Shown here: positions 22,059 to 33,894 of the stretch, piece by piece
Position numbering within the stretch: position 1 is the first letter of the stretch
Layout: each line of letters starts with the position of its first letter
NCBI GenBank assembly: GCA_963748015.1
Contig: CAVVHE010000008.1
Coordinates: 96,001-160,000, forward strand
Direction of reading: 5' to 3'
Source of the DNA: Terriglobia bacterium
GTDB taxonomy: Bacteria > Acidobacteriota > Polarisedimenticolia > Polarisedimenticolales > JAIQFR01
DNA length: 64,000 nucleotides
The notes under the pieces: model-generated
Database searches by the model: none
The model's input: only the letters and a program-made list of their open reading frames with translations
What the model was told of the DNA's origin: nothing
Program-made: the position numbers and the translations under genes

Positions 22059-23742
22059 TCACCTCGCCTGGCGGGCCAGAACCCGGTCCACCGTGTCGCG
22101 CACCTCGCCGGCCAGCTCGTGCGCGCGGCCGAGGAGCCGCTCCTGCTCCGCGAGCAGCTCGCCGCCGACCTCGAGATCCGTCAAGTTCGGCACGTTGATC
22201 CGGACGTTCAGCGACGCCCCCTCCGCCGCGGCGAGGGCGCACGCGCCCGCGACACCCGCGTCCGAGACGGAGTTCGGGTTGCCGTCCCTCGCGACGACGA
22301 GGGCCAGCTCGAGGGCGCGGACGGAGCGCTCGACGACCTCGAGCGGCACGCGGGCCGCGCCCTGGTTCGCCTTCTCGACCGCGGCCGCTCGGATCGCGGT
22401 CTCCTCCGGCGTCTTCTTGGGGAGGCGCATCGCGGCCAACACGGCGTTGAACGCGTCGGTGTCGCGGTCCACCGCCTCGAGGAACCAGTCCTTGAGCCTC
22501 TGCCCCTCGACGCCGGTCTCCTTCATCGCGGGGCGCGCGGACTCCATCCCGGCCTTGGACCAGGTGAGCGCGGCGACCATGCTCGACAGCGCCGCGGAGA
22601 GAGAGCCCGCGAGCGCGGCGACGCTGCCGCCGCCGGGGGCGGGGGAGTCGCTCGACAGCTCGTCGGCGAACTCGGTCAGGCGCATGGCCTTGAGCCCCTT
22701 CGGCGCGCCTCGGTAGCGGTACTCGATGATCTTCTGCTGGGCGTCGAACGGGGCGAGCTCCGCGAGGCCGAGGGAGAGGATGGCGGCGTGGACGCGCTCC
22801 TTCTCGGGGACGCCGGTCGTCTTCCCCTGCTTCGCGAGGTAGTGGTCCCCCGCCGCGAGGATCGCCTCGAGCGGGATCAGCCCGACCAGCTCGCTCCCCG
22901 TCACGCGCAGCCCGACCTTCGCCGCCTCGTCGCAGGCGGCGTCGAACACCTGGTGGATCGGGGTGATCTTGTGGTTCGTGAAGTTGATCGAGATCTGCGC
23001 CCGGCCGTACTCCTCGATGTACCAGCCGACGGCGCGGCACTCCTTGAAGCGGCCGGGGAGGTTGACCGTCTTCCCGTCCGCGTCCTTCACGATCTTCCCG
23101 TCCGGCCCGCGCTTGGGCTTCCCGGCCTCGCGCAGCTCCTGCGCGACCGCGTGCGCGAGCTTCTTGTCCCGCGTGTTGAGGTTGAAGTTGTAGGCGATCA
23201 GGAACTCGCGGGCGCCGATGACCGTGGCGCCGCTGCGCTCGTTGAAGACCGCGGGGCCGAAGTCCGGGGCGAAGTCCGGGTCCTTCATCTTCTCCGGGAG
23301 CGCCTCGTATTCCCCCTTCCTGATGTCGGCGAGCGACCGGCGCGAGGGGCGCGTGGCGGCCGCCTCGTAGAGGTACGCCGGGATCCCGAGCTCCTCCCCG
23401 ACGCGCTTCCCGAGCTTGCGGGCGACCTCGACGCAGTCCTCCATCGTCGCGCCCTGGACCGGCACGAACGGGCAGACGTCGGTCGCGCCCATGCGCGGGT
23501 GCTCTCCCCGGTGCTTCGACATGTCGATGAGCTGCGCCGCCCTGCGGATCGCGCGGAACGCCGCCTCCTCGACCGCCGCGGGAGGGCCGATGAACGTGAC
23601 GACCGTGCGATTCGTCGCCGCGCCGGGGTCCACGTCGAGGAGCAACGGCGCCCTCGGTCCCCGAGATCTCGGCGGTGATCGCCTCGATGACCGCCCGGTT
23701 CCGCCCCTCGCTGAAGTTGGGAACGCACTCGATGAGCTTCAT
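22059..23742 (-). CDS. ftcD: Bifunctional glutamate formiminotransferase / formiminotetrahydrofolate cyclodeaminase, frameshift at ~23644
   Basis: MKLIECVPNFSEGR (other frame), HPRMGATDVCPF, PAPGGGSVAA, GNPNSVSDAGV. Confidence 0.93.
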
Positions 23743-23844
23743 GGATTCTCCCGCGCGAAACGCGGCAGCCGCCGCGACAAGTGGGGATTCTAGCGCGGGC
23801 GCGCCGTGCCGCGCAGCCCCCGTACGTGCCCGTCGCCGTCGCCA

Positions 23845-23992
23845 CCAGGCCGGAGCGGGACCTACCCTCCAGGGCGCGCTCGCCGTTGCGCGTTCTCGCC
23901 GCGCCGGCTCGCTCCGTTCCTGCCGCGCCTGCAAGGGAATTGCAGGCGCGGCATCCACAGGGCCCTGGAGGGTAGGTCCCGCTCCGGCCTGG
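23845..23992 (+). repeat. Structured intergenic element, copy E1
   Basis: 31-bp perfect inverted repeat (23845-23875 / 23962-23992) enclosing the shared core. Confidence 0.85.
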
Positions 23993-24039
23993 CGGAGGTG
24001 TGCCTAGTTGGGTGGAATCGCGCGACGAGAGCGCCGTCG

Positions 24040-24069
24040 TTGACATCGCGAGCCGGGGTGGGACAGACT
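24040..24069 (+). promoter_or_regulatory. Candidate sigma70 promoter
   Basis: TTGACA-N18-CAGACT upstream of TTG 24099. Confidence 0.4.
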
Positions 24070-24098
24070 CCGAGGCATCTCAGGGCGGGGGTGCCACG

Positions 24099-25184
24099 TT
24101 GGCCTCGGAGGGGCAGGGCGCGCCGGCGACACGCGAGGAGGCGCAGGCGCGCGCGGACCGAATCCGCGCGTTTCGCGAGGAGTTGCGGGACCTCGAGGCG
24201 AACGGGATCGCGGCGCTCCCCGGGGAGCTGGCCGCGCGGATCCGCGGCCACCACGACGAGCTGCTCGCGGCGCTTTCCGGGCGATTCGACGTGGACCGCA
24301 CCGACGCCGAGAAGCAGCTCTCGATCGGCATGCGGATCGCGTCCCTCCTCGGCGCCGTCGCGCTCTCGTTCGCGGTGTTCTTCTTCTTTTACCGGTTCTG
24401 GGGGGCGATACCGGCCGCGGCTCAGGTCGGGCTGCTCCTCGCGGCGCCGGTCGTCGCGGTCCTCGGAACGGAGCTCGCGGCCCGAAAGGAACGGACCCTC
24501 TACGTCGCGGCGATCGCCGCGTTGGTCGCGACCGCCGCCTTCGGCTTGACCCTCGTGACCTTCGGCGACCTGTTCAACATCTCGCCGTCGCCCGACGCTT
24601 TCCTGGCCTGGGGGATCTTCGCGGGCCTGCTCGCGTACGCCTACGGGTTGACGCCGCTGCTCTTCTTGGCGATCGTCGCGGTCACCGCGTTCCTATCCGG
24701 ACGGTTGGGGAGCTGGAACGGAAGCTACTGGGGGTACTTCCTCCAGCAGCCCGAGAACTTGCTCCTCCCCGGGGTATTGTTGCTCGGGATCCCGGCGGCG
24801 GCGCGACACCGCGCGCTTCCCGCTTTCCCGCCGCTCTACCGGGCCACCGGTCTCCTCGCGATCTTCGTTCCCGTCCTGGTGCTCGCGAGCGCCGGGGAGC
24901 TGAGCCGGCTCGATCTCGCGCCGAAGACGGTGGAGGTGCTCTACCAGTTGACCGGGTTCGTGCTCGGGGCGGCCGCGGCCTGGCTCGGTGTGCGACACCG
25001 ATGGCGCGAGACGAGCGTCCTCGGAACGTTGTTCCTGGTCGTGCTCCTCTACGTGAAGTTCTTCGATTGGTGGTGGGACTGGATGCCGAAGTGGCTGTTC
25101 TTCCTGGTCCTCGGCGGAGTGGCCGTCGGTATCCTCCTGCTGCTGCGGCGCCTCCAGGCCGCGATCAGGGGGGGCGCGCGATGA
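24099..25184 (+). CDS. DUF2157-like polytopic membrane protein (start uncertain)
   Basis: About 11 hydrophobic segments; KFFDWWWDWMPK motif; stop overlaps the next gene (ATGA). Confidence 0.75.
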   Translation: MASEGQGAPATREEAQARADRIRAFREELRDLEANGIAALPGELAARIRGHHDELLAALSGRFDVDRTDAEKQLSIGMRIASLLGAVALSFAVFFFFYRFWGAIPAAAQVGLLLAAPVVAVLGTELAARKERTLYVAAIAALVATAAFGLTLVTFGDLFNISPSPDAFLAWGIFAGLLAYAYGLTPLLFLAIVAVTAFLSGRLGSWNGSYWGYFLQQPENLLLPGVLLLGIPAAARHRALPAFPPLYRATGLLAIFVPVLVLASAGELSRLDLAPKTVEVLYQLTGFVLGAAAAWLGVRHRWRETSVLGTLFLVVLLYVKFFDWWWDWMPKWLFFLVLGGVAVGILLLLRRLQAAIRGGAR

Positions 25185-26119
25185 GGCGCTGGGGGCCGAT
25201 CCTTGCGATCGCGTGCGTGCTGCTCGTGGGCGCGATCACCCTCGCCGGCGTGGCGCGCAACCGCGCCGGCGCGCCGGACGCCGATGTCTGGCTCACCGAG
25301 CGGGAGCTGTCCCTTCCCCGATGGCTGCCGGAAGAGAACACCGGGCTCTCGCTACGCATCGAATGGTCCGGTCCGGGCGGAGCGGCCGACGAGGATGGGG
25401 CGTGGCTCGATCGCGCCAAGCTCGAGATCCTCGGCTTCGATTGCCGCTTCCCGGTCGAGGCGTCTACGGCGCAGGAGCACTACTCGCGCATGCTTCCCCG
25501 CGAGGCCGTTCTCGTTCTCGAGTTCGACGGGGAGGCCGCGAAGCGCTGGGTCGCGGGGAGGGAGCGTCAGCATGATGAGCTGATGGCGAGGATCGCCGAA
25601 GAAACCGACGCCGCCGCCCGCGAAAAACGGGCCGCCGACGCGCGGAAGGCCGTCGAATCCGCGAGGGAATCGGCCACGCGCCTCTTCGTCGTGGACGCCG
25701 GCCTCGACGCCGCCGACCTGCGACGCCGGTATCCCGATCGATCGAGGTACGTCCTGGCGAAGGGAATCGTGCGGATCGCCGCCGACCCTGCCGGCGCGGA
25801 GAAGGTCGCCAAGCCGGCGCGTCTCCACGGCCGGGTGAGCGTGCTCCTCGTCTCCGCGATCCAGGTTCCCCGCGACCAGCGCTCGCTTCTCGACCCGCTC
25901 GTCGCGAGCGACCGCAAGGCCCGGGAGGCCGCCAAGCCCGAAACCACCCCCGGTGTCCCGCAGCAGCGGCTCGGCGCGAATCCCCACCCGCCCCGCTACC
26001 GCGTCCGCGTCCGCTGGGGCCACCGCCTCGAGCCCTGGATCGTCGCCGTCGAGCCGCTCGGACCTTCGGAGACGCGTCGAAGCCCCGGCCACGAGGGAGG
26101 TCGCGGGACGGACCGCTGA
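25181..26119 (+). CDS. DUF4824-like membrane-anchored protein
   Basis: N-terminal [26 protein letters not shown]-terminal LEPWI. Confidence 0.7.
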   Translation: MRRWGPILAIACVLLVGAITLAGVARNRAGAPDADVWLTERELSLPRWLPEENTGLSLRIEWSGPGGAADEDGAWLDRAKLEILGFDCRFPVEASTAQEHYSRMLPREAVLVLEFDGEAAKRWVAGRERQHDELMARIAEETDAAAREKRAADARKAVESARESATRLFVVDAGLDAADLRRRYPDRSRYVLAKGIVRIAADPAGAEKVAKPARLHGRVSVLLVSAIQVPRDQRSLLDPLVASDRKAREAAKPETTPGVPQQRLGANPHPPRYRVRVRWGHRLEPWIVAVEPLGPSETRRSPGHEGGRGTDR

Positions 26120-26219
26120 ATCGGGACGGTCCGTCGTTCGCGAGTCCTTGCCCGTGCGACCGGTCCGAGAGAGACTGTACCCCGCAAACGAAACCACGAC
26201 AGCGCGAGGAGGTCGGACC

Positions 26220-27290
26220 GTGAGCGTGCTCTTCTCTCCCCTGAAGCTTAGGAACGTCACCTTCCGCAACCGGATCTTCGTTTCCCCGATGTGCCAGTAC
26301 TCGAGCCACGACGGCTTCCCGACCGACTGGCACCTGGTGCACCTCGGCAGCCGCGCCGTGGGAGGGGCGGGCCTGGTCATGGTCGAGGCGACCGCGGTCG
26401 CGCCCTGGGGGCGGATCAGTCCCGTGGACTCGGGGCTCTGGTCGGAGGCGCACGGAGAGTCCTTCTCGTCGCTCGCGAGCTTCGTGAAGAGCCAGGGGGC
26501 GGTGCCGGGGATCCAGCTCGCCCACGCCGGTCGCAAGGCCTCGACCCGCGCGCCGTGGCGCGGGACCGGGCAGGCCACGGAGGCCGAGGGAGGGTGGCGG
26601 CCGGTCGCGCCGAGCCCCCTCCCGTTCGACGAGGGAGACGTCGCGCCGAAGGAGCTGACGGTCGAGGACATCGCGTCGCTCGTCGAGCGCTTCTCGGACG
26701 CGGCCCGCTTCGCGCGCCTCGGCGGCTTCGAGGTCGTCGAGATCCACATGGCGCACGGCTACCTCCTGCACCAGTTCCTGTCGCCGCTCACGAACCGCAG
26801 GACCGACGCGTACGGCGGCAGCCTCGAGAACCGGATGCGCATACCGCTCTCGGTGGCGAAGGCGGTGCGCGAGGCCTGGCCGGCGCACCTGCCGCTGTTC
26901 GTGCGGATCTCGGCGACCGACTGGGTGGAAGGGGGCTGGGACCTCGGGCAGGCCGTCGAGCTCTGCCGGCGGCTCAAGGCGCTCGGCGTCGATCTCGTGG
27001 ACTGCTCGAGCGGCGGCGCCGTGCCGCACGCGAAGGTCCCGGTGGGCCCCGGCTACCAGGTGAGGTTCGCGGAGGCGATCCGGAAGGAAGCGGGCATCGC
27101 GACCGGCGCGGTCGGGCTCATCACGGAGCCCGCGCAGGCCGAGGAGATCGTCGCGAAGGGCTCGGCCGACGCGGTCCTCCTCGGGCGGCAGCTCCTGCGC
27201 GACCCCTACTGGCCGCTCCACGCCGCCGAGGCGCTCGGCGTGAAGCCGGACTACTGGCCGCCGCAGTACGCTCGCGCGAAGCCCGAGTAG
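26220..27290 (+). CDS. NADH:flavin oxidoreductase (old yellow enzyme, YqjM/NamA-like)
   Basis: [40 protein letters not shown] before GTG. Confidence 0.95.
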   Translation: MSVLFSPLKLRNVTFRNRIFVSPMCQYSSHDGFPTDWHLVHLGSRAVGGAGLVMVEATAVAPWGRISPVDSGLWSEAHGESFSSLASFVKSQGAVPGIQLAHAGRKASTRAPWRGTGQATEAEGGWRPVAPSPLPFDEGDVAPKELTVEDIASLVERFSDAARFARLGGFEVVEIHMAHGYLLHQFLSPLTNRRTDAYGGSLENRMRIPLSVAKAVREAWPAHLPLFVRISATDWVEGGWDLGQAVELCRRLKALGVDLVDCSSGGAVPHAKVPVGPGYQVRFAEAIRKEAGIATGAVGLITEPAQAEEIVAKGSADAVLLGRQLLRDPYWPLHAAEALGVKPDYWPPQYARAKPE

Positions 27291-27310
27291 CCACGATTCG
27301 ATTCGATCGA

Positions 27311-27340
27311 TTGACAGCGCGGAACCCGTGTTCCTATGCT
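27311..27340 (+). promoter_or_regulatory. Candidate sigma70 promoter of glgP
   Basis: TTGACA-N18-TATGCT. Confidence 0.6.
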
Positions 27341-27366
27341 GGGCGCCACGCCCCGCGGAGGTGCCC

Positions 27367-29928
27367 ATGCGCCCGGTGAAAACGTTTCACGTCCGGCCCG
27401 CCCTTCCCGACCGGTTCCTGGCCCTCGAGGAGGTCGCCTACAACCTCAGGTGGTCGTGGGACCACGAGACGATCAGCCTCTTCCGGCGGCTCGACCGCGA
27501 TCTCTGGGAGGAGAGCGGCCACAACCCCGTGCTGATGCTCGGCGCGATCCCGCAGGAGCGCCTCCGGGAAGCGGCCCTGGACGAGGCGTTCCTGGCGCAC
27601 CTGGATCGCGTGTCCGAGTCGCTGGCGGAGTACGTCAGCGGCGCGGGGACCTGGCACCGGAAGAAGTTCGGGCCGTGCGAGACGCCGTCGGTCGCTTACT
27701 TCTCGATGGAGTTCGGCCTGACCGAGAGCCTTCCGATCTACTCGGGGGGGCTCGGCATCCTCGCGGGGGACCACCTCAAGTCGGCCAGCGAGCTGGGCCT
27801 GCCCCTGATCGGCGTCGGCCTCCTCTACCAGCGGGGCTACTTCCGGCAGTACCTGACCTCGGAGGGCTGGCAGCAGGAGCGCAACCCGGTCAATGACTTC
27901 TCCGTCATGGCGGTGCGGCCCTTCCACGCGGACGGCAACCGGCCGGTGCGGGTGACCGTGGATCTCGGGGGGAGGCAGCTCACGCTGAGGCCGTGGCGGG
28001 CGCAGGTGGGCCGGGTCACCCTGCTGCTCCTCGACGCGAACATCGCCGAGAACCCTCCCGACCTCCAGCAGGTGACCGCCGAGCTCTACGGCGGCGACGG
28101 CGAGATGCGGATCCGGCAGGAGATCGTGCTGGGGATCGGCGGGGTTCGCGCGCTGCTCGCGCTGGGACTGCGGCCCCGCGTGTTCCACATGAACGAGGGG
28201 CACTGCGCGTTCCTCGGCCTCGAGCGGATCCGCGTCCTGATGAAGGAGCAGGGCCTCGCCTATCGCGAGGCGCTGGAGCTGGTGGCGGCGAGCGGCGTGT
28301 TCACCACCCACACGCCGGTCCCGGCCGGCATCGACGTGTTCGGGGCCGACCTGATGGAGCGCTACCTCGGCGGGTTCAGGCAGGAGCTCGGCCTCGACCG
28401 CGAGCCGTTCCTCGACCTCGGCCGGATCCATCCCGGAAAGCGCGACGAGACGTTCAACATGGCCGTTCTCGCGATCCGCACTTCGGGCTCGGCCAACGGC
28501 GTCAGCCGCCTGCACGGCGCGGTGTCGCGGGCGATGTTCCAGGACGTGTGGCCCGGTGTTCCCGTGGACGAGGTGCCGATCACGCACGTCACCAACGGGG
28601 TCCACTCGCAGTCGTGGATCTCCGACGAGATGCGGAACCTGTACGACAGGTACCTCGGGCCCCGCTGGGCCCAGGAGCCGGGCGACACGGGCGTCTGGGC
28701 GCGCGGCGAGCAGATCCCGGGCGAGGAGCTCTGGCGGACCCACGAGCGCCGGCGCGAGCGCCTGGTCGCGTTCGCGCGACGGCGTCTGGCGGCGCAGCTC
28801 AAGGCGCGCGGGGCGGGGATGTCCGAGATCGCGCAGGCCGACGAGGTGCTCGATCCCGAGGCCCTGACGATCGGCTTCGCGCGGCGGTTCGCGACCTACA
28901 AGCGCGGGACGCTTCTCCTCCGCGACCCGGCGCGGCTCGAGCGGATCCTCACCGCGGCGGGGCGGCCGGTCCAGATCCTCTTCGCCGGAAAGGCCCACCC
29001 GAAGGACGAGCCCGGGAAGCAGCTGATCCGCGAGATCGTCCAGTTCGCGAAGCGGCCCGAGATCCGGCGCCACGTCGTCTTCCTCGAGGATTACGACCAG
29101 GTGGTCGCCCGCTACCTCGTGCAGGGCGTCGACGTCTGGCTGAACACGCCGCGCCGTCCGATGGAGGCGAGCGGCACCAGCGGGATGAAGGCGGCCTTCA
29201 ACGGCGCGCTCAACCTCAGCGTCCCCGACGGCTGGTGGGACGAGGCGTGCTCGCAGCGCACCGGCTGGGCGATCGGCAAGGGCGAGAGCTACGACGACCT
29301 CGACTACCAGGACCGGGTGGAGGCGGGAGCCCTCTACGATCTCCTCGAGACCGAGGTCGTCCCGCTGTTCTACACCCGCGGCGCGGACCACCTGCCGCGA
29401 GGGTGGATCTCGCTGATGAAGACCGCCATGGGCGACCTCTGCCCGGTCTTCAACACGAACCGGATGGTCCACCAGTACGTGATCTCGTCGTACTGTCCCG
29501 CGCAGGATCGGCGCGGCAAGCTGGAGCAGGACGGGTACCGGCGCGCGCGCGAGCTGGCGCACTGGAAGGAGCGGGTGCGCCAGGCGTGGGGGGCGGTCCG
29601 CGTCCTGCGCGTGGAGGTCGCGCTTCCCGAGGAGACGCTGGTCGGAACGGAGTTCGAGGTCAAGGCGTGGATCGAGACCGGCCCGCTCGCGCCGGCCGAC
29701 CTCTCGGTCCAGGTCTACATGGGAAAGCTCCGCGAGCGGCGGGACATCGTGGAGCCCGAGGCGATCGAGATGATCCCGGGGGACGGCGACCCGGCGGGCG
29801 GCCGCGTGTTCTCCGTCCGCATCCCGTGCAAGACCAGCGGCACGCAGGGGCTGACCGTCCGCGTCCTCCCGCGCCACGAGGACCTCGGCCAGGTCCACGA
29901 GACCGGGCTGATCGCCTGGGCGGGATGA
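27367..29928 (+). CDS. glgP: Alpha-glucan (glycogen) phosphorylase
   Basis: [26 protein letters not shown] and PLP site [10 protein letters not shown]. Confidence 0.96.
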   Translation: MRPVKTFHVRPALPDRFLALEEVAYNLRWSWDHETISLFRRLDRDLWEESGHNPVLMLGAIPQERLREAALDEAFLAHLDRVSESLAEYVSGAGTWHRKKFGPCETPSVAYFSMEFGLTESLPIYSGGLGILAGDHLKSASELGLPLIGVGLLYQRGYFRQYLTSEGWQQERNPVNDFSVMAVRPFHADGNRPVRVTVDLGGRQLTLRPWRAQVGRVTLLLLDANIAENPPDLQQVTAELYGGDGEMRIRQEIVLGIGGVRALLALGLRPRVFHMNEGHCAFLGLERIRVLMKEQGLAYREALELVAASGVFTTHTPVPAGIDVFGADLMERYLGGFRQELGLDREPFLDLGRIHPGKRDETFNMAVLAIRTSGSANGVSRLHGAVSRAMFQDVWPGVPVDEVPITHVTNGVHSQSWISDEMRNLYDRYLGPRWAQEPGDTGVWARGEQIPGEELWRTHERRRERLVAFARRRLAAQLKARGAGMSEIAQADEVLDPEALTIGFARRFATYKRGTLLLRDPARLERILTAAGRPVQILFAGKAHPKDEPGKQLIREIVQFAKRPEIRRHVVFLEDYDQVVARYLVQGVDVWLNTPRRPMEASGTSGMKAAFNGALNLSVPDGWWDEACSQRTGWAIGKGESYDDLDYQDRVEAGALYDLLETEVVPLFYTRGADHLPRGWISLMKTAMGDLCPVFNTNRMVHQYVISSYCPAQDRRGKLEQDGYRRARELAHWKERVRQAWGAVRVLRVEVALPEETLVGTEFEVKAWIETGPLAPADLSVQVYMGKLRERRDIVEPEAIEMIPGDGDPAGGRVFSVRIPCKTSGTQGLTVRVLPRHEDLGQVHETGLIAWAG

Positions 29929-29932
29929 GGAT

Positions 29933-30102
29933 GCGAGCCCTCGTTCCGAATCCGGACCGCACTCCTGCGGCACGCTGCGGCGTTGCGCGGCTGAATTCGC
30001 CGCGCCGCCTTGCTCCGGTTTCCGAGCGGCCGTCTGCGGAAGAGACGACCGCTCGGAAACAGGGCCGCCGGAGTGCGGTCCGGATTCGGAACGAGGGCTC
30101 GC
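29933..30102 (+). repeat. Structured intergenic element, copy E2
   Basis: 33-bp perfect inverted repeat (29933-29965 / 30070-30102) enclosing the shared core. Confidence 0.9.
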
Positions 30103-30139
30103 GGCATTACGGATTTGAGAGAGGCAGCCCGGAGGCACC

Positions 30140-30556
30140 ATGGCAATCGAGCAATTCGTCGCGAGTCGGTTGACGCAGGGGAACCACCTCTTCCCGACGG
30201 TGATCGAGGTGGGCGACACCTTCGTCGTCAAGCGCAGGCGCACGCTGCTCACGAAGAACGAGGTCAGCATTCACCTGCAGCGGGTCGCGTCGGTCCGGAT
30301 CGAGACGGGGATCCTCTGGTCCGACATCCTGATCGAGTCGTCGGGCGGCTCCGATCCGATCGCGAGCCACGGGCACCGCAAGGAGGACGCGATCCGCATC
30401 AAGGAGCTGATCGAGGACGCGCAGTCCAAGAACCTCGGCGGCCGGGCCCCCGCCGCCGAAGCGGGCGAGACGCGCGCCTGTCCTCATTGCGCCGAGACGA
30501 TCAAGGCCGCCGCGAAGGTCTGCCGGTACTGCGGAAAGACGGTCACGGACTCCTGA
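30140..30556 (+). CDS. Small bacterial PH-like domain protein with C-terminal zinc ribbon
   Basis: GGAGG RBS; CPHC...CRYC. Confidence 0.75.
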   Translation: MAIEQFVASRLTQGNHLFPTVIEVGDTFVVKRRRTLLTKNEVSIHLQRVASVRIETGILWSDILIESSGGSDPIASHGHRKEDAIRIKELIEDAQSKNLGGRAPAAEAGETRACPHCAETIKAAAKVCRYCGKTVTDS

Positions 30557-30660
30557 CGCCGCCGGGTTCCTCGGCTACAATGCCCGCCCCCGATGAGCCG
30601 ACAGCCCCGAATCTCCGCGGTCGCGCCGCTCCTTCACCTCGAAGCCGAGGAGGGCATCCC

Positions 30661-32562
30661 ATGCGCTTCGTGTTCCCTCGCGTCGCCGGCCTCCTGGCCG
30701 CAGTGGCTCTCCTGATGCCGGGCGCCCCGGCGAACGCCGTCGAACGCTCGCAGGTTCCCGAGAAGTACACCTGGAACCTGAAGGACGTGTTCCAGGACGA
30801 GGCGGCCTGGAAGGCCGCCAAGGAGAGCGCGCAGAAACGGATCCCGGAGGTCGCGCGGCTCAAGGGCACCCTGGGCGGCTCGGCCGACGCGCTTTACCGG
30901 GCGCTGTCCGCGGTGATGGACCTCGACCGGGACCTCGGCGCCGTCCGCTCGTACGCGAGCTGGCAGAGGGACCAGGACACCCGTGTGAGCCGGAGCCAGG
31001 AGATGGTCCAGGAGGCGGACCACGCACTCGTGGACTTCCGCGCCGCGACCGCCTTCCTGCGCCCCGAGATCCTGGCGCTCGACCCGGCGAAGGTGCAGGC
31101 CTTCATCGGCGCCGATCCCCGGCTCGCCGACTACGCGTTCTTCCTCGACGACATCCTGCGGCGCAAGCCCCACACGCTCGGTCCCGACGAGGAGGGGATC
31201 GTGGCGCGCGCCGGCAACATGGCGAACGCCGGCGAGGCGGCCTACTCCATCTTCACCAACGCCGATTTCCCGTACCCCGAGGTGACGCTTTCGAGCGGGG
31301 AGAAGGTCCGGCTCGACGCCGCGGCGTACACGAAGTACCGCGCCTCGGCGATCCGCGCCGACCGCGAGAAGGTGTTCCGCGCCTTCTTCGCGCGCTACCG
31401 CGAGTTCGAGCGCACCCTCGGCACCACCCTGTACGCCGAGGTCAAGTCCCACGTCTTCTACCGGGACGTCCACAAGTTCGGCAGTTCGCTCGACGCGGCG
31501 CTGTTCGAGTACGCGATCCCCACCTCGGTCTACCGCCGGCTCGTCGCGGACGTCCACGCGAACCTGCCCACGCTCCACCGGTACCTGAAGCTCCGGGGGC
31601 GGATGATGGGCCTCCCGAAGCTCGGCTACGAGGATCTCTACGCGCCGATCGTGAAGGAGGTGGACCTGACCTTCACGCCGGAGCGGGCGATGGAGCTGAC
31701 CCTCGACGCGTTCGCGCCCCTCGGATCGGACTATGTCGAGACGCTGCGGAAGGGGTACGCCGGCCGCTGGGTGGACTTCATGCCGTCCACCGGGAAGCGG
31801 TCGGGGGCGTACAGCGAGACGGTCTACGGCGTTCACCCGTACCAGCTCCTGAACTTCATGGGAAGCTACGACGACGTCTCGACGCTGGCCCACGAGTCGG
31901 GCCACTCGATGCACTCTTACCTCTCCGACAAGAGCCAGCCGTACGTCCGCCACGACTACTCCACCTTCGTCGCCGAGGTGGCGTCGACGCTGAACGAGAG
32001 CCTCCTCTTCCGCAAGATGATGCGGGAGAGCAAGGACGACGCGACAAGGCTCTCCCTCCTGGGGAGCCATCTCGACCTCCTCAGGAGCACGCTCTTCCGC
32101 CAGACGCTCTTCGCCGAGTTCGAGCTCGCGATCCACGAGACCGCGGAGCGCGGCGAGACGCTGACCGGCGAGGGGCTGAGCAAGCTCTACCTGAAGCTCC
32201 TCCGCGAGTATTACGGGCACGAGAAGGGAGTCTGCGAGGTCAACGACCGCTACGCGATCGAGTGGGCCTACATCCCGCACTTCTACTGGGATTTCTACGT
32301 CTACCAGTACGCCACGAGCCTCGTCGCGTCCATCACGGTCGCCCGCGGGATCCTGGACGAGGCGTCGGCTCCGGGGGCCCCCACGGCCCGGCGCGACGCG
32401 TACCTCGCGATGCTGCGCGCCGGCTCGTCCAAGTACCCGATCGAGCTCCTTCGCGATGCCGGGGTGGACATGACGACGTCGGCGCCCTTCGCCGCGGCGA
32501 TGAAGGAGATGAACCAGACGATGGACGAGATAGAGGCGATCCTGGCGCGGAAGGGGAAGTAG
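30661..32562 (+). CDS. pepF: Oligoendopeptidase F (M3B) with signal peptide
   Basis: GKRSGAY, HESGH (HExxH), FVAEVAST, FYVYQYAT. Confidence 0.93.
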   Translation: MRFVFPRVAGLLAAVALLMPGAPANAVERSQVPEKYTWNLKDVFQDEAAWKAAKESAQKRIPEVARLKGTLGGSADALYRALSAVMDLDRDLGAVRSYASWQRDQDTRVSRSQEMVQEADHALVDFRAATAFLRPEILALDPAKVQAFIGADPRLADYAFFLDDILRRKPHTLGPDEEGIVARAGNMANAGEAAYSIFTNADFPYPEVTLSSGEKVRLDAAAYTKYRASAIRADREKVFRAFFARYREFERTLGTTLYAEVKSHVFYRDVHKFGSSLDAALFEYAIPTSVYRRLVADVHANLPTLHRYLKLRGRMMGLPKLGYEDLYAPIVKEVDLTFTPERAMELTLDAFAPLGSDYVETLRKGYAGRWVDFMPSTGKRSGAYSETVYGVHPYQLLNFMGSYDDVSTLAHESGHSMHSYLSDKSQPYVRHDYSTFVAEVASTLNESLLFRKMMRESKDDATRLSLLGSHLDLLRSTLFRQTLFAEFELAIHETAERGETLTGEGLSKLYLKLLREYYGHEKGVCEVNDRYAIEWAYIPHFYWDFYVYQYATSLVASITVARGILDEASAPGAPTARRDAYLAMLRAGSSKYPIELLRDAGVDMTTSAPFAAAMKEMNQTMDEIEAILARKGK

Positions 32563-32599
32563 TGACGGGGCGCGGAGCGCCGTCACCCCGGAGGATGGC

Positions 32600-33778
32600 A
32601 TGGAAGGGCTGATCTACCTCGACAACGCGGCCACCACGTTCCCCAAGCCGGACGAGATGCACGACGCGATGACCCGGTTCTACCGTCGCTGCGGCGTCAA
32701 TCCCGGGCGGACCGGCTGCGACCTGGGCCTCGAGGCCGAGGAGATGGTCCACGCCACCCGGCGGACGCTCTCGGCGCTCTTCAACGGGAGCGCGGCCATC
32801 GCGGGGAAGGCGAAGGACCCGAACCGGCTGGTCTTCGCGGCCAACGCGACGCACGCCCTGAACCTCGTGATCAAGGGGACGGTGCGCGACGGGGACCACG
32901 TCGTCTCGACCGCGCTCGAGCACAACTCGGTCATCCGCCCGGTCAACCACATGGTGAAGGCCGGGGCTTCGGCGACGTTCGTCCGCCCCGACGCCGAGGG
33001 GTACGTGGACCCGGAGGAGATCCGGAAGGCGATCCGGAAGAACACGAAGCTCGTGATCGTGAACCACGGCTCGAACGTGATCGGCACCGTGCAGGACATC
33101 ACCGCGATCGGGAAGATCTGCGAGGAGGCGGGGACGCTGTTCGCCGTGGACGCCGCGCAGACCGCCGGCGTCGTGCCGATCGACATGGCGGAGAGCCGGA
33201 TCGACTTCGTCTGCTTCACGGGGCACAAGGGGCTGTTCGGGCCGACCGGCACCGGCGGCGTGTGCGTGGCCGACGACGCGCAGGTCGAGCCGACGGTGTG
33301 GGGCGGGACGGGGGTGCGCTCGGCGGAGCCGTACCACCTCGAGGAGTACCCCTACCGCCTGGAGGCCGGCACGCTGAACCTCATGGGGGTAGCGGGGCTG
33401 CACGCCGGCTACGAGTGGATCGAGTCGCGGGGGATGGCCAACCTGCTCCGCCACGAGATGGAGCTCCTGGCCGTCCTCGAGGAAGGGCTCTCCGCGATCC
33501 GCGGCGTGCACCTTCACGGCACCCGGAGGCTAGATCGACGGGTCGCGGTCTGCTCGGTCACCGTGGACGGCTACGACCCCTCGGACGTCGGTACCATCCT
33601 CGACGTGGAGTACCGCGTGCAGACCCGGACCGGGCTGCAGTGCGCGCCCCTCGTCCACGAGCACTTCGGGACGTCGCCGCGCGGAACCGTCCGCTTCTCC
33701 GTCGGCCCGTTCAACACGCGGGAGCACATCGAAACGGCGATCCGGGCGATGGAGCAGATCGCCGCCGACCGGAACTAA
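32600..33778 (+). CDS. Class V PLP aminotransferase / cysteine desulfurase family
   Basis: IYLDNAATT, EHNSV, DAAQ, TGHKG, RTGLQCAP. Confidence 0.92.
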   Translation: MEGLIYLDNAATTFPKPDEMHDAMTRFYRRCGVNPGRTGCDLGLEAEEMVHATRRTLSALFNGSAAIAGKAKDPNRLVFAANATHALNLVIKGTVRDGDHVVSTALEHNSVIRPVNHMVKAGASATFVRPDAEGYVDPEEIRKAIRKNTKLVIVNHGSNVIGTVQDITAIGKICEEAGTLFAVDAAQTAGVVPIDMAESRIDFVCFTGHKGLFGPTGTGGVCVADDAQVEPTVWGGTGVRSAEPYHLEEYPYRLEAGTLNLMGVAGLHAGYEWIESRGMANLLRHEMELLAVLEEGLSAIRGVHLHGTRRLDRRVAVCSVTVDGYDPSDVGTILDVEYRVQTRTGLQCAPLVHEHFGTSPRGTVRFSVGPFNTREHIETAIRAMEQIAADRN

Positions 33779-33801
33779 CCGACCGCGCTCACGTCATCAA
33801 C

Positions 33802-33894
33802 GCTGGGGTCGGACATTACTGGCGTAACACCTCGCCAACCGGCCGGCGTATCGCTGGTTCGAACGAGGTGTTACGGCTGTAACGTCTGACCCCG
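33802..33894. repeat. REP-like palindromic doublet, copy 1
   Basis: GGGGTCGGACATTACTGGCGTAACACCTCG...CGAGGTGTTACGGCTGTAACGTCTGACCCC hairpin. Confidence 0.9.

Noticed and set aside
29933..30102. Hammerhead ribozyme or tRNA as the identity of the junction elements
   Set aside because: No CUGAnGA/GAAA core arrangement on either strand, and no cloverleaf with a TTC loop or CCA end.
27334..30270. Long antisense or alternate-frame ORFs (also 3664..6486, 49099..52107, 54372..57455 and others)
   Set aside because: Shadow ORFs expected in very GC-rich DNA; they are Arg/Pro/Gly-rich or mirror real genes and carry no motifs.
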